Assembly: GCA_963575745.1 (NCBI GenBank)
Contig: CAUYUJ010000283.1
Span: 62,001 to 115,917, forward strand
Reading direction: 5' to 3'
DNA: 53,917 nt
Origin: Prorocentrum cordatum
Taxonomy: Eukaryota
Under the pieces are notes generated by a model that had not been told where the DNA came from, ran no database searches, and worked only from the letters and a program-made list of their open reading frames with translations. The translations under genes were made by a program, and so were the position numbers. Positions 26,228 through 37,777 of the stretch are shown here, one piece after another. How positions within the stretch are numbered: the first letter of the stretch is position 1; the number at the start of each line of letters is the position of its first letter.

Positions 26228-26382
26228 TGTTGCGCCATAGGTCGCGATCAGATGGCCGTGGCGGGTTGCACAATAACTTTGACCACGCACAGGTTGCGCC
26301 ACAGGTTGCGACAATTGTTACTCAGGGAGCGGCGACGGTGACGGTGACGGTTGCGCCATAGGTTGCGCTATAGGTTGCGCCC
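26228..26382 (+). repeat. Cluster of GGTTGCGCCATA-type 12-mers (second cluster at ~24170-24232)
   Basis: ggttgcgccataggttgcgctataggttgcgcc; caggttgcgccacaggttgcg; the same word occurs just upstream of the transposase. Confidence 0.75.
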
Positions 26383-26749
26383 CGTCGGCGGCGCGGGTGA
26401 CGGCGCCGATCCATTTCCTTAGAGACACAAGTAGGAACCCCTAAGTGCAAGCAGTTGTGGGGAAATACCAGTTATGAATTGTTGTTTCATTGTTGAGACG
26501 CTAGGGGTGACACTTGCGTTATATTATAATTTGAAGACACTTTAAACGAACACCGTCAGTCGGCTACGCATGTGTTGGCGGTGCGTGAGCATATGGGCCC
26601 ACCCGTAGCGTCAGTCGGTCTTAACGTTGAGGGGGTTTAGGCATGAGAGCTTAGGTATCGGCTCCAAAACGTTTACGTCATTCGGGCTTTGGCAAGGCCA
26701 TCGGGCATATAAGAGCTTAGATGGTAAAAAAAGCTAAGGGTTTCGATAG

Positions 26750-27740
26750 GTCCAGGGCGACCCGACCACTAGCCTTCATCAGTCCAGGACGACCCGAACC
26801 CAGGCCCACATCAGTCCAGGACGACCCGACCACTAGCCTTCATCAGTCCAGGACGACCCGAACCCAGACCCGACCACTAGCCTTCATCAGTCCAGACGCC
26901 CCGAACCCAGGCCCACATCAGCCGAGGACGACCCCGACACTAGCCTTCATCAGGTCCAGGACGAACCCGAACCAGGCCCACATCAGTCCGGACGACCGAC
27001 ACTAGCCTTCATCAGTCCAGGAGATCGCGAACCCAGCCCACATCAGTCCGGAGCACGAAACACACGCACCACCACCTCAATCAGTCCGGCCAACCCGAAC
27101 CCGGCCCACATCAGTCAGGACTCCACGAACCACTAGCCTTCATCAGTCCAGGACGACCCCGACAGGCCCAGGCCCACATCAGTCCCGGACGACCCGAACT
27201 AGCCTTCATCAGTCAGGACGACCAACCGCAGCCCACCACAAGTCCCAGGCCGACCCGACCACTAGCCTTCATCAGTCCAGGACGACCCGAACCCAGGCCC
27301 ACATCAGTCCAGGACGACCCGACCACCAGCCTTCATCAGTCCAGGACGACCCGAACCCAGGCCCACATCAGTCCAGGACGACCCGACCACTAGCCTTCAT
27401 CAGTCCAGGACGACCCGAACCCAGGCCCGCATCAGTCCAGGACGACCCGACCACTAGCCTTCATCAGTCCAGGACGACCCGAACCCAGGCCCACATCAGT
27501 CCAGGACGACCCGACCACTAGCCTTCATCAGTCCAGGACGACCCGAACCCAGGCCCACATCAGTACAGGACGACCCGACCACCAGCCTTCATCAGTCCAG
27601 GACGACCCGAACCCAGGCCCACATCAGTCCAGGACGACCCGACCACTAGCCTTCATCAGTCCAGGACGACCCGAACCCAGGCCCACATCAGTCCAGGACG
27701 ACCCGACCACTACCCGAACCCAGGCCCACAGCAGTCCAGA
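26750..27740 (+). repeat. Tandem array of 32-bp monomers alternating as a 64-bp dimer
   Basis: Constant catcagtccaggacgacccga (21 bp) followed alternately by acccaggccca or ccactagcctt (11 bp). Indel-rich stretch at ~26890-27250. Confidence 0.95.
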
Positions 27741-27874
27741 CTGAGTCCTGAGCCAGAGGAGTCGGGGGAAGAGGAGGAAGAGAGGGGGGGGGCAGTGTTC
27801 ATGACGCGGCGCCGTCCTTCTTCAGGTCGGTGCTGTCGTTGAAGTTGCCCACGGTCTACCTGGCGGGGGGAGGG

Positions 27875-28181
27875 CAGAAGCACTCTGTCTCATCAGTCAC
27901 TTTTCCGAAGTGACTGATGAGACAGAGTGCTTCTGGAAGCGCTCTGCCTCATCAGTCCAGGACGACCCTGACTGATGAAGCAGAGTGCCCTGACTGATGT
28001 GGCAGAGTGCTTTGGGGTGCCGCGCGGCGCAGGCACTATCTCTCATCAGTACTTTCTCTATCAGGGCACTCTGCTTCACTCTCATCAGTACTTTCTCTAT
28101 CAGGGCACTCTGCTTCATCAGTCCAAGACGACCTGGACTGATGAGGCAGAGTGCTTCCAGAAGCACTCTGTCTCATCAGTC
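27875..28181. repeat. Nested inverted repeats (foldback cluster)
   Basis: Perfect 28-bp arms at 27875-27902 and 27908-27935 with a 5-nt loop. 27911-27993 is an imperfect inverse of 28100-28181. Shares catcagtcc with the adjacent array. Confidence 0.9.
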
Positions 28182-28519
28182 GCTTTGTCAGGTCGGGCCG
28201 GAAAGCGACGACGGCCCAAGGGTCCCAAGACGGCCCAAGAGGGGCCCCAGGAGGGCGCCGACAGGGGCCCAAGAAGGGGAACATGTCGAGCTCTCCGCCT
28301 TACCAGCAGGCCCCCGAGAGGCGCCCAAGAGGCCCACAAGAGTCAACAATAATAGAAGCCTTCCAAATGGCCCCGAGGCCTCATGACACCCCAGCCCTTA
28401 CTCCAATGAGGGGCTCGCCGAGAAGCCTCCCGCGATCCCAACGAGCATCCAACAGGCCTCTGGCCTACAACTGAGGCGCGGTGGCGGAATAGGCCGAAGG
28501 CCGCTAGATACAGGAGCAA

Positions 28520-29311
28520 CGACGATGATGATGCTGATGATGCTGATGATGATGATGGTGATGATGGTGATGGCGAGTATGATGATGATGATGATGATGA
28601 TGCTGATGATAATGATGATGTTGGTGATGATGCTGGTGCTGGTGATTACGATGATGATGATGATGATGATGATGACGATGATGGTGGTGCTGGTGATGCT
28701 TGTGATGATGATGATGATGATGATGATGACGTTGATGATGATGGTGTTGCTGATGGTGGCAATGGCGATGGTTTTGGATACGATGGTAATGCCTACGATG
28801 AACACTACGACGACGATGATGATGGTGGTGATGGTGATGATGGTGGTGAGGATGATGCTGATGAGGGCAAACCTGATAATGGGGATGCTGCTGGTGATGA
28901 GGACGCTGATGATGATAATGATGATGCTGCTGATGATGCTGATGATGCGTATGCTGATGGTAACCATCACCCATGTATATCTATCCTCGTGCCTGCCAGC
29001 GCTACGCCTGGCTGGGCCGTCCCTGCCAGGCGCCACAGGCATTGCTAGCGACGGCGAAGGCAGCATCCCAGTGAAAGGGACGGCGCAGGAGGTGGAGACG
29101 GAGGGGGAGGAGGACGACGACGACGATGAGAACGACGTGGAGAAGATAAGAAATAGCAAGGATGATGAGGAGAAGGGATGGAAAGGAGGTGGTTGATAAG
29201 GATGACCGTGAGGAAAATGATGATGCGGATGGTGAGGATGATGATGATGCTGATGACAGTGATGATGACGACGACGACGACGATGATGATGATGATGATG
29301 CTGATGTTGAT

Positions 29312-29342
<31 letters not shown>

Positions 29343-29825
29343 CAGCTGACGATGATGGTGATGGTGATGGTGATGATGACGATGATGACGATGATGATGC
29401 TGATGATGATGATGAGGATGGTGGCGACGACGACGCTGATGGTGGAGTTACACTCATGGTGATGACGACGATGCGTACAATGCTTATGGGTATGATTGTG
29501 GTATGGTTGGATGTAGGCGATGGCAGTGAACATGATGATGCTGCTGATTATGATGATGAATATTGTGGTTATGGTGATGTTGATGATGATTATCATGATG
29601 ATGATGATGATGATGATGATGGTGATGACGATGATGATGATGCTGAGGAGGATGATGAAGGTGATGCAGGTGCTGAAGATGGGTGGCGATGGTGATTATA
29701 TCGGAGCCGATGGTGATGATGCTGGCTCCGACGCTGCTGATGGTGATGCTGATGATGTAACGATGATGATAATGACGATGGGAGTGATGATGATGATAAT
29801 ACTGAGGAGGACGCTGATAATGAGG
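28520..29825 (+). repeat. Degenerate (GAT)n tracts
   Basis: Directly visible; unique interruption at ~28965-29110. Confidence 0.9.
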
Positions 29826-32599
29826 AGGGGGAAGAGGATAACTACTACACGAATGCGCCTCGGCGGGCCGTGCACGGCCAGAACACAAACGATGCGTCGA
29901 ACGGCTCAGCTACCCAGAGCCTGAATCCACGGATTCTGCATCGGACTGAGGAGGAAGCGGAGGAGGGGGGAGGAAGGGGAGGAGGAGTAGGATAAGGAGG
30001 AACCCTCCATCGTCCTCATCCTTCCACCACCTCATCACTGAAACGTTGGCAGCTCGCGGCCACCGAAAAGCACCTACTCATGCGCGGAATCATCGGGCTC
30101 CTCATCGGCCTCTCCGCTGTCGCCACCCTCGGCCGCCTCGTCGGGCTCGGCCTCGTCACCAACCGAGGCCTTGGCAGTTGCCTTGGCCTTCGCCTTGGCA
30201 GTGACGGCCTTGCGCTTGGCAGCAGCACGGCGCCTCGCAGCAGCCTTCTTCTTCGCCTCGGCCTGTGCCCCTGCCGTAGTCTCGGTGCTCTCGAACGCGC
30301 ATTTCATGTGGCTGTCGTAGAACTCAGCCACCTCCGCCTTGTACTTATCGTCGTTGTCCTCGTTCCGAAACTCCTGAAATACTTTCGCGGCCAGCCACGA
30401 GTGCATCATGTCAGCGTGCAGCTGGGCATGCGTGAAGCCTAGATACGGCGCCTTCTCGTTGATGGCTTCGATGGCAAACTGTCCATCGTGAGCAGTGAAA
30501 TCTATGATGGCTTTCGGCTTGAAGCGATGGATGACTTCTGAATACCACTTCCTCGGCATCGCGTGGTAATTGGCAGGCTCCACGTCCGCGTCGTTCCGCT
30601 GGCCCTTCATGTCGCAGTAGTTCTCACCGTCGGGCGAAGCGCCACCGACGTCGGCGCGGCCAGACTTGCCGAACATGTCTTTCTTCTGGGCGAACGTGGC
30701 CTCCCAAGGGCGCTCGACGGAGTCAGCGGCCACGGAAGGCATGTCCAAGAAGCCGATGACCGAGCCTTTGGAGGTCCCGTTGAAGTGCCGATTTGCCTGC
30801 ATCTTGATGTTGAGACTCTCCTTTGTCACGATGAACGCGGTCTCCTCCTGACTGAGTGACATCGGGCCTTTGGCGACGGACCTCTTCTGCATGAGAGCCT
30901 CCTCAGAATACAGGATCTTCAGCTTGGTCCTCGAATGTTCCATCGTGTCCTCGAGTGCTTCAGCGATCGATGCATCGATGTATCCCCCCCAGGGCCCCCG
31001 TCCCTCCTCAGGTCTCCTATCTCTCGTCTCTCCTTCCCCTTCGTTTTTGTTTGGCAAGCCGATTTGAACGCAGATCCTCCTTCTCCACCTCCTTCCTCCC
31101 TTGTTCCCTCCTTCCGTTGTTGTTTCAAACCGACTTGAAACAACAATTCCTCCTCCTCATCCCTCCTCCTCATCCCTCCTCCTCCCTCCTCGTCCAGGGG
31201 ATCAAAGGGTCGGGATACATCGATTTATCAACACAAAAACCTTGTTCGGAGCCCTCCAGGGCTTGATCAGCTTCGCGTGGTTGCCCTCCTTGCCGTTGTC
31301 CAGCACCATGTACAAGTCGCCTTCGTGCAACGCGCCATCCAATCCACGAGACTTGATCATCATATTCACGCATTGGTCGAGATGCTCGCCCTTGCCGCGG
31401 AGGGGTGGGTCACGAATGTGAGGCATTGTGGCTGCTTCGCATGCTTGCTTAGGGTCGTAGTGGATGATCACGTAGCGCTGCTCCCCCGTCTCGGCCCTGA
31501 TCGTGCCCACGTGGCAATCGTTCATCAGCTGCTTGAACGCCTTCTCAGACGTTGGCTTCACAGTCAGCTTGACTGTCTGGTTCACCTGCCGGATGCACGC
31601 CTCATGGATCTCGGTTGCCTGCTCCTTGATCTCCTCGCTCCACCCGTTCACGATCTGGTAAATCTTCGCTTTGCTCGCGTCGGTCATGATAGCATAGTTG
31701 TCGCCAAACAGCGAGTAGAAGGGCTTCAACTTCGCCTCGATGCGACTATCCCGCGCCGCCGAGGCCGCAGTCGAATTGGCAGCACTGGGCGCGGCAGCGG
31801 CCTCGGACTCGGCGGGCCCGAGGGACAAGGAAGGCGGGGTATCCGCGTCTTGCGCAGCCTTGCCCTCCGTTGTCAAGATCTCCTCGACCTCGTCGAGGCT
31901 GCCCCTGACGGTCTCATTATCCAAGATGTCTTCGACTGCCCTCGAAGCTCGAGCCTGGTGGTGGATCGTATTGTTGAACGTGCTGCCGTAGACGAACCCC
32001 TCGATGAAGGTCAACAGCAGCTGCGAACTCGGCTGGAGTGCCGACATCCACGTCAGGTCTGCTGCCCCCGTCCTGCCGTTCCCGAAGTAGGACCTGTAGC
32101 TCGCCCAGCTCGCGACGGCTTCCCGCATGATCGTCTTGTCTTGAGCTTTGAAGGGCCTCGTCTCCATCCACGTGTTGACCATATAGTTCTTCATCTGGTA
32201 GCGCAGGAGGAACTCGTCGATTTTCCCTTTCCCGCCTTGTCCTTTTCCGCTCAAGCTACGGGAGGACAGCTCGCCACGCACCGTGGGAGCCTCTGAGACC
32301 ATATCGACGATCGTGTCAATGCACCACAGCCTCTGATGAACGTCGGATGTCTTGCGGGAAATCGCCTCGAACTTATACAGGGAATCGAACGGCGTCTTGT
32401 GCGAGCCCAAGTTCTGTTCGGCCTGGAGCACGCGGTTCCTCGGGCGCGAAGAACTCCTCAAGGTACGCCAACACCGAACATGGGGAATGAACCACTGTTT
32501 ACTCGGGTGGGCCCCAAACAGTGAGTTGAGTACGGGATTACGGATGTGACCTATACGAAGCGTGCTCAAAGTAGTTGTTTATAGTGCCTGATTGGGCTC

Positions 32600-32980
32600 A
32601 TTTCGGGTTTAGGGTATTCGGGTATCAGGGTGTTCAGGCTTTAGGGAGTTATGGCCGTGGGGTTGCAGGGTATTTGGGTCGTAGGGTCTTAGGGGGTCAG
32701 GGTGTTATATGTTTAGGGTGATAAGGTATCAGGGTATTGTGATGGTCGGGCTTTATGGCTGTAGGGCATTCGGGACTTAGTTTCTTGGGGCATTATGGCC
32801 TTAGGGCTTTCGGGTCGTAGGGCCTCTGGGCGTTGGGGTTTTGGGGTCTTCTGGTATTACGGTATTATGTGCTCTAGGGTCGTGTATTCTCAAGGCATTA
32901 GGGGGCTCGGGTCTTAGGTCTCAGGGTTTTAGGGCCTTGCTGCGTTAGGGTCTTAGGGTCTCAAGGTGTTAGGGCCCCAG
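32600..32980 (+). repeat. Degenerate TTTAGGG/TCTTAGGG-like tract
   Basis: Many tttaggg, cttaggg, tcaggg and ttcggg words with ~8-nt period. Confidence 0.65.
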
Positions 32981-33199
32981 GGAGGAGGATGAGAGGGAGA
33001 GAGAAGGGAGGAGGGAGCGGAGGAGGAGGAGGGGTGTGTGTTTTTCCAATGTGGTTTGACAGAGAGGGCGGAGGAGAGAGGTGGGAGGAGAGGGGTAGGA
33101 GAGGAGGGGGAGAAGGTGGAGGAGAGAGGTGGGGGGAGATATGGACGATGAGCTTTCACTCTCTCACTCGGCCACTCTGAGTCCCGTGGACTCCGCCGA

Positions 33200-34060
33200 T
33201 CAGCCACTGCTGCTGGAGGACTTCTCCGACTTCTCCAGCGCAAAGCCCCTGCCGTCGTCGCCCTCGGTGTACTCGCGCTCACTGTGAGTGTCTATGTCGC
33301 ACCTCAGGGCGAAGGTTCTGACGCGGCCCCTCGGGGCGCTCTCTGGACGACCGCCATGCGGGCCCATGGCTTTGATGAACCCCTCGCGGAGGCGCGGTGG
33401 GATGTCGTCCCACGCCTCGTAGGCAAGGGAGCACGTGATGACCCCGCACTTCGTCCAAGTGCCGTTGTACTTCAGCTTCGTGTCGTCGTCGGGCTTGGCG
33501 CCGGGCTTGGCGTAGGGCTTGGCGTGTACTGGCGTAGGGCTTGGCGTCGGGCTGGACTTTGCTGGCGTAGGGCTTGGCGTCAGAGCTTTCGGAGCTGGTT
33601 GCATCTCTAGCTTTGCTGGCGTCTGAGGAGCCTCAGCTGGAGGTGCCGAACACGTTGGCAAGGTCGGCCGAGCGCTCGAAGGACTACCTGCCAGCACCTC
33701 AGCGCTGGCCTCTGCGAAACTCCTCATCATCTGCGGCGGCGCCGGGGGCGGCATCTCGGGCTCTGGCGCCTTCTGCGGCGCGGCCATCTCCAGCATGTGC
33801 TGGAACAGGTCGGAGTCGGTCGGCATCTGGGAGTCCTGAGTGGCTCTCGTTCCACATAGTCCAATCTCCTCTGCTCGCTCCTCTCCCCCTCCCCCCCCTT
33901 GCGGGGGGGATGGGCGGGCATTGAACGGGATCGATCGGACTGCGCGGAACGAGAGCCTGTCCTGCGGCTCGTCGGCGGCCAAGTCCAGCGGCGACTCAAC
34001 CATCGTGTCCTCTGCGCCGCCGTACAGGTCAGGGCCAGGAAGTGCGGGCTGCGACGCCAT
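33200..34060 (-). CDS. Hypothetical protein, 286 aa, Pro-rich middle and small globular-looking C-terminus
   Basis: Uninterrupted ATG-started ORF (MASQPALPGPDL...KLKYNGTWTKCGVITCSLAYEAWDDIPPRL) lying between two coding blocks of the MTase-like gene. Confidence 0.5.
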   Translation of the reverse strand: MASQPALPGPDLYGGAEDTMVESPLDLAADEPQDRLSFRAVRSIPFNARPSPPQGGGGGEERAEEIGLCGTRATQDSQMPTDSDLFQHMLEMAAPQKAPEPEMPPPAPPQMMRSFAEASAEVLAGSPSSARPTLPTCSAPPAEAPQTPAKLEMQPAPKALTPSPTPAKSSPTPSPTPVHAKPYAKPGAKPDDDTKLKYNGTWTKCGVITCSLAYEAWDDIPPRLREGFIKAMGPHGGRPESAPRGRVRTFALRCDIDTHSEREYTEGDDGRGFALEKSEKSSSSSG

Positions 34061-34097
34061 CTGATGCAGCTGCAGAGGTGTCGCTTGTGCTACTGTC

Positions 34098-34201
34098 CCT
34101 GGACTGCTTTACAGGGCAGCCAAGACGAGAGGCCCAGACGACTCACCCTCCTGTGAGTCGTTCGGTCCCCTCGTCTTGCCTGCCCTTTAAAGCGGTCCAG
34201 G
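34098..34201. other. ~104-nt imperfect hairpin
   Basis: cctggactgcttta-c-agggcag-c-caagacgag...acgactcac [cctcct] gtgagtcgt...ctcgtcttg-c-ctgccct-t-taaagcggtccagg. Confidence 0.85.
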
Positions 34202-34424
34202 CTGCGACAAACAAGTGAGCTACTCTCCACATTGTGCTCGAATCGAAACAGCTACGGGAGATGACGAGGACGAATGGCGCAAGCGCCAGGAGGGCTGGCC
34301 TCCCCAACTAAGGGGTGGTTTGGGGAGTACGCAGGAACCCCTGCTCATATTTATCCTCTTCTGCCTGCTGCTCCTCGCTGCAGGCAGAAGAGGATGAATA
34401 TGATCCCCCTCCTCAGATCTTCCT

Positions 34425-34568
34425 CCTCCTCCTCATCATCATCATTATCGTCTTAGCACTCTCCTACTCATAATCATCCGCATCATGTTCATCGTCATCA
34501 TCGGCATCATCATCAGCATCATCATAGTGATCACCATCAGCAGCATCAACACCATCAGCATCACCACC

Positions 34569-34599
<31 letters not shown>

Positions 34600-34965
34600 C
34601 CACCATCATCATCATCAACATCATCATCATCATCATATTCTTCATCATCATCACCATCACTATCATCATCATCATCATCAGCATCATCATCAGGAGGAGG
34701 AGGAGGAGGAGCAGGAGGAGGAGGAGCACAAGGAGCACGAGGAGGAGAAGGAGGAGGAGGAGAACCAGGAGGAGGAGGAGCAGGAGGAGGAGAAGGAGGA
34801 GAAGGAGGAACACGAGGAGCACGATGCTGATGATGATGATGATGATGATGACGATGGTGATGATGATGATGATGATGATGATGGTGATGGTGATGGTGAT
34901 GGTGATGATGATGATTATAATGTCCTCCTCGTCCTCCTGCTCCTCGTCCTCATTTGTCCTCATCC
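34425..34965 (+). repeat. Compound (CAT)n-(GGA)n-(GAT)n microsatellite
   Basis: Directly visible; the CAT and GAT tracts are complementary arms around a GGA core. Confidence 0.9.
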
Positions 34966-36159
34966 TCTTTCTCGGCCTCCTCGTGTTTCCACTGGGGCCG
35001 TGGGGCGAGGGAAGGAGGGGAAGAGGGCGATTTCGTTGGAGCGCTCCTTCTTCAGGTAGACGACCACCGCGATGTAGTCTGCTGTGACCTTCTCAGAGGA
35101 CGGGGCGAGCTCAACCTTTTTAAAATCTCTCTCGATCTTCGCAGGGTCGCTGGAACCACTGCGATTCAGGTACGACACCACCTGGCAGTAGCGCTGCATG
35201 GGGGTGAGGGCGAGGGCAGCCTGCTTGTGGCCGAACCCCTCGCGATTCTCTAAGCCCTTCCAGAAGAGCTCGTCTGTGCTGGTCACCTTCTTGAACGTGC
35301 ACGCAGTGTTCAAGAAGCACGCCCTCCACGTCGCCATGATCTCGTCGTTGTCGCCGTGCTCGTCGATGTCCTCGGCCACCCGCAGGAGCAGCGCATATCG
35401 AATCTCCTCGCACGAGGTCGCGCGCAGGTGGCCGTGTGATTCAGGGTCGGCCGGGTCTTCACCGTCTGTGATGCAGATCTCGAGCGGCTCTGGATTGGTG
35501 GGGGGTGGCCTTCATGTAGCTCGTCTGCATCAGGTGCTCTATAGACTTCATATTCAGAGGCACGCCACTCTGCGGCGTCCACATCACACTGGCCCACCAG
35601 AAATTTATATTCGAAGTGCTCGTGCCGACGTCCTTCATATTCTTAGCGTAGGCCTTACTGTCGAAAGCCGCCATGTTGAGGTCTTGGGGGGCAGCAGTCG
35701 TGATGTCTGAGAACTTGCTATGACCCAATATCTTCTCATAAGCGTCCTGCACCTTGGCCAGGACACTGGTGTTCACGCTGCGGGTCTCCTCGTCGATGTT
35801 GAATCCGAGACGAGGCGCCTTCGGCGGAGGACCATCTGATCGTTTCGGCGGTGCGGACTTTTGCCGTTTAGCCATCTGGATGTGGCGCCGAAACTCGAAA
35901 CTGATTGAAGCAGAACTGCTATGGGAGGTCATGGAGGACGGATACAAAAAAAAATTATCCCGGCAAAGCAACCTAACAGCGATGTGTAGAAGCATATCTG
36001 AAAGCATTCCCCTTAAGATTCAGATGAAAGGCCTCCAAAAAAAAACAAAAGAGTTGGAGAGCAGGAAAGTGTTGTCGAATTCTGCTTTCTCGCAGTCGTA
36101 GTCGCTCGCGATGACAGGTCGCAGCGGCACGGCAGCGGCAGTCCACAGCCTCAGCCTTC

Positions 36160-37517
36160 AGCCTGCTCCTTCTCCCTCCGGGTCCTCCTCCTCTTTCTCC
36201 TGCTCCTCCTCCTCCTCCTCCTCCTCCTCCTCCTCCTCTTCCTCCTGCCCTCGTCCTCGTTTCTCGTCCCTCCTCGTCTTGCTCGTCCTCCTCCTCCTGG
36301 TGCTCTCGACTTCTCCTCCCTCCTCCTCCTCCTCCTCCTCCTCCTCCTCCTCTGCCTCCTCCTCCTCCTCCTTCCTCCTCCTCCTCCTCCTCCTCCTGGT
36401 GTCCTCGTTCTCCTCCTCCTGGTGCTCTCCCCCCCCCTCCTCCTCCTCGTCCTCCTCCTCCTCCTCCTCCTCGTCCTCCTCCTCCTCTTCCTCCTCCTCC
36501 TCCTCCTCCTCCTCCTCCTCCTGGTAGTCCTCCCCCTCCCCTCCTCCTCCTCCTCCTCCTCCTCCTCTTCCTGGTCGTCCTCGTTCTCGTCCTCCTCGTC
36601 TTGCTCGTCCTTCTCCTCCTGGTGTTCTCTCCTCCTCCTCCTCCTCCTCCTCCTCCTCCTCCTCCTCCTCCTCCTCCCCTCCTCCTCCTCCTCCTCCTGG
36701 TGGTCCCCTCGTTCTCCTCCTCCTGGTACCTCCCCCCCCCTCCTCCTCCTCCTCCTCGTCCTCGTCCCCTCCTCCTCCTCTCCTCTTTCCCTCCTCCTCC
36801 CTCTTCTATTTGTCTTTTTTTTTTTTCGTTTCACTATCTTGTTCTACTCTTTTTTTTTTTTCTTTCTCCTTTTCTCTCTTTCCTTCTTCCTGGGGGGGGG
36901 GGTTGTCTTTTGTTTTTCTTACTTTCCCCCATTTTCCCTCCTCCTCTTTCTCTGCTCCTCCTCCTCCTCTCCTCCTCTTCCTCCTGCTCGTCCTCGTTCT
37001 CGTCCTCCTCGTCTTGCTCGTCCTCCTCCGCCCTGGTGCTCTTCTCCTCGCTCCTCCCTCCCTCTCCTCCCTCCTCCATCCTCCTCCTCCTCCTCCTCCT
37101 CCTCCTCCTCCCTCCCTCCTCCTCCTCCTCCTCCTCCTCCTCCCTCGCTCCTTCCCTCCTCCTCCTGTGGCCTTCGTTCTCCTCCTCCTGGTGCTCTCCC
37201 CCCCCTCCTCCTCCTCGTCCGCCGCCTCCTCCTCGTTGCTCCTCCTCCTCTTCCTCCTCCTCCTCCTCCTCCTCCTCCTCCTCCTCCTGGTAGTCCTCCC
37301 CCTCCCCTCCTCCTCCTCCTCCTCTTCCTGGTCGTCCTCGTTCTCGTCCTCCTCGTCTTGCTCGTCCTCCTCCTCCTGGTGTCTCTCCTCCTCCTCCTCC
37401 TCCTCCTCCTCCTCCTCCTCCTCCTCCTCCTCCTCCTGGTGGTCCTCGTTCTCCTCCTCCTGGTACTCTCCCCCCCCCTCCTCCTCCTCCTCCTCGTCCT
37501 CGTCCTCCTCCTCCTCC

Positions 37518-37552
<35 letters not shown>

Positions 37553-37770
37553 CTCCTCCTCCTCCTCCTGGTACTCCTCCCCCTCCCCCTCCTCCTCCTC
37601 CTCCTCCTCTTCCTGGTCGTCCTCCTCCTCCTGGTCGTCCTCCTCCTCCTGCTCGTCCTCCTCCTCCTCCTGCTCGTCCTTCTTCTCCTGCTCCTCCTGC
37701 TCCTCGTCCTGCTCCTGCTCGTCCTCGTCCTCCTGGTCTTGCTCGTCCTCCTCCTCGTCGTGCTCTTGCC
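36160..37770 (+). repeat. Long (CCT)n-rich tract with internal repeated words
   Basis: Directly visible; recurring ctcgttctcgtcctcctcgtcttgctcgtcc and ctggt words. Confidence 0.95.
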
Positions 37771-37777
37771 CCTGCTG

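Larger units (their letters stand above)
30074..35875 (-). pseudogene. Multi-exon gene: ParB/Srx-like N-terminal region plus beta-class N6-adenine/N4-cytosine DNA methyltransferase-like C-terminus
   Basis: Putative exons ~35875-35052 (frameshift at G-run ~35500), ~32460-31241 and ~31006-30074. The last intron fits AAG|GT...AG|G in phase. The C-terminal EPANYHAMPRKWYSEVIHRFKPKAIIDFTAHDGQFAIEAINEKAPYLGF aligns by eye with HPT.KP..L...LI...VLDPF.GSG...AA....R..IG. Upstream VIIHYDPK sits at the motif IV (DPPY) position. Confidence 0.55.

Noticed and set aside
26890..27250. Apparent divergent subfamily within the array
   Set aside because: Scattered indels between near-perfect units look like unpolished long-read error.
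26750..27740. CRISPR-like repeat-spacer appearance
   Set aside because: The 11-bp 'spacers' are only two alternating sequences, there are no cas genes, and the context is eukaryotic; this is a satellite.
28050..28110. tetO-like half site tctctatca
   Set aside because: Short chance match within a local duplication; no full operator.
26750..28181. Hammerhead ribozyme (CTGATGA occurs repeatedly)
   Set aside because: No stem II closed before a GAAA core could be built in the array or in the palindromes.
32600..32980. True telomere or chromosome end
   Set aside because: Highly degenerate, internal, and flanked by coding blocks.
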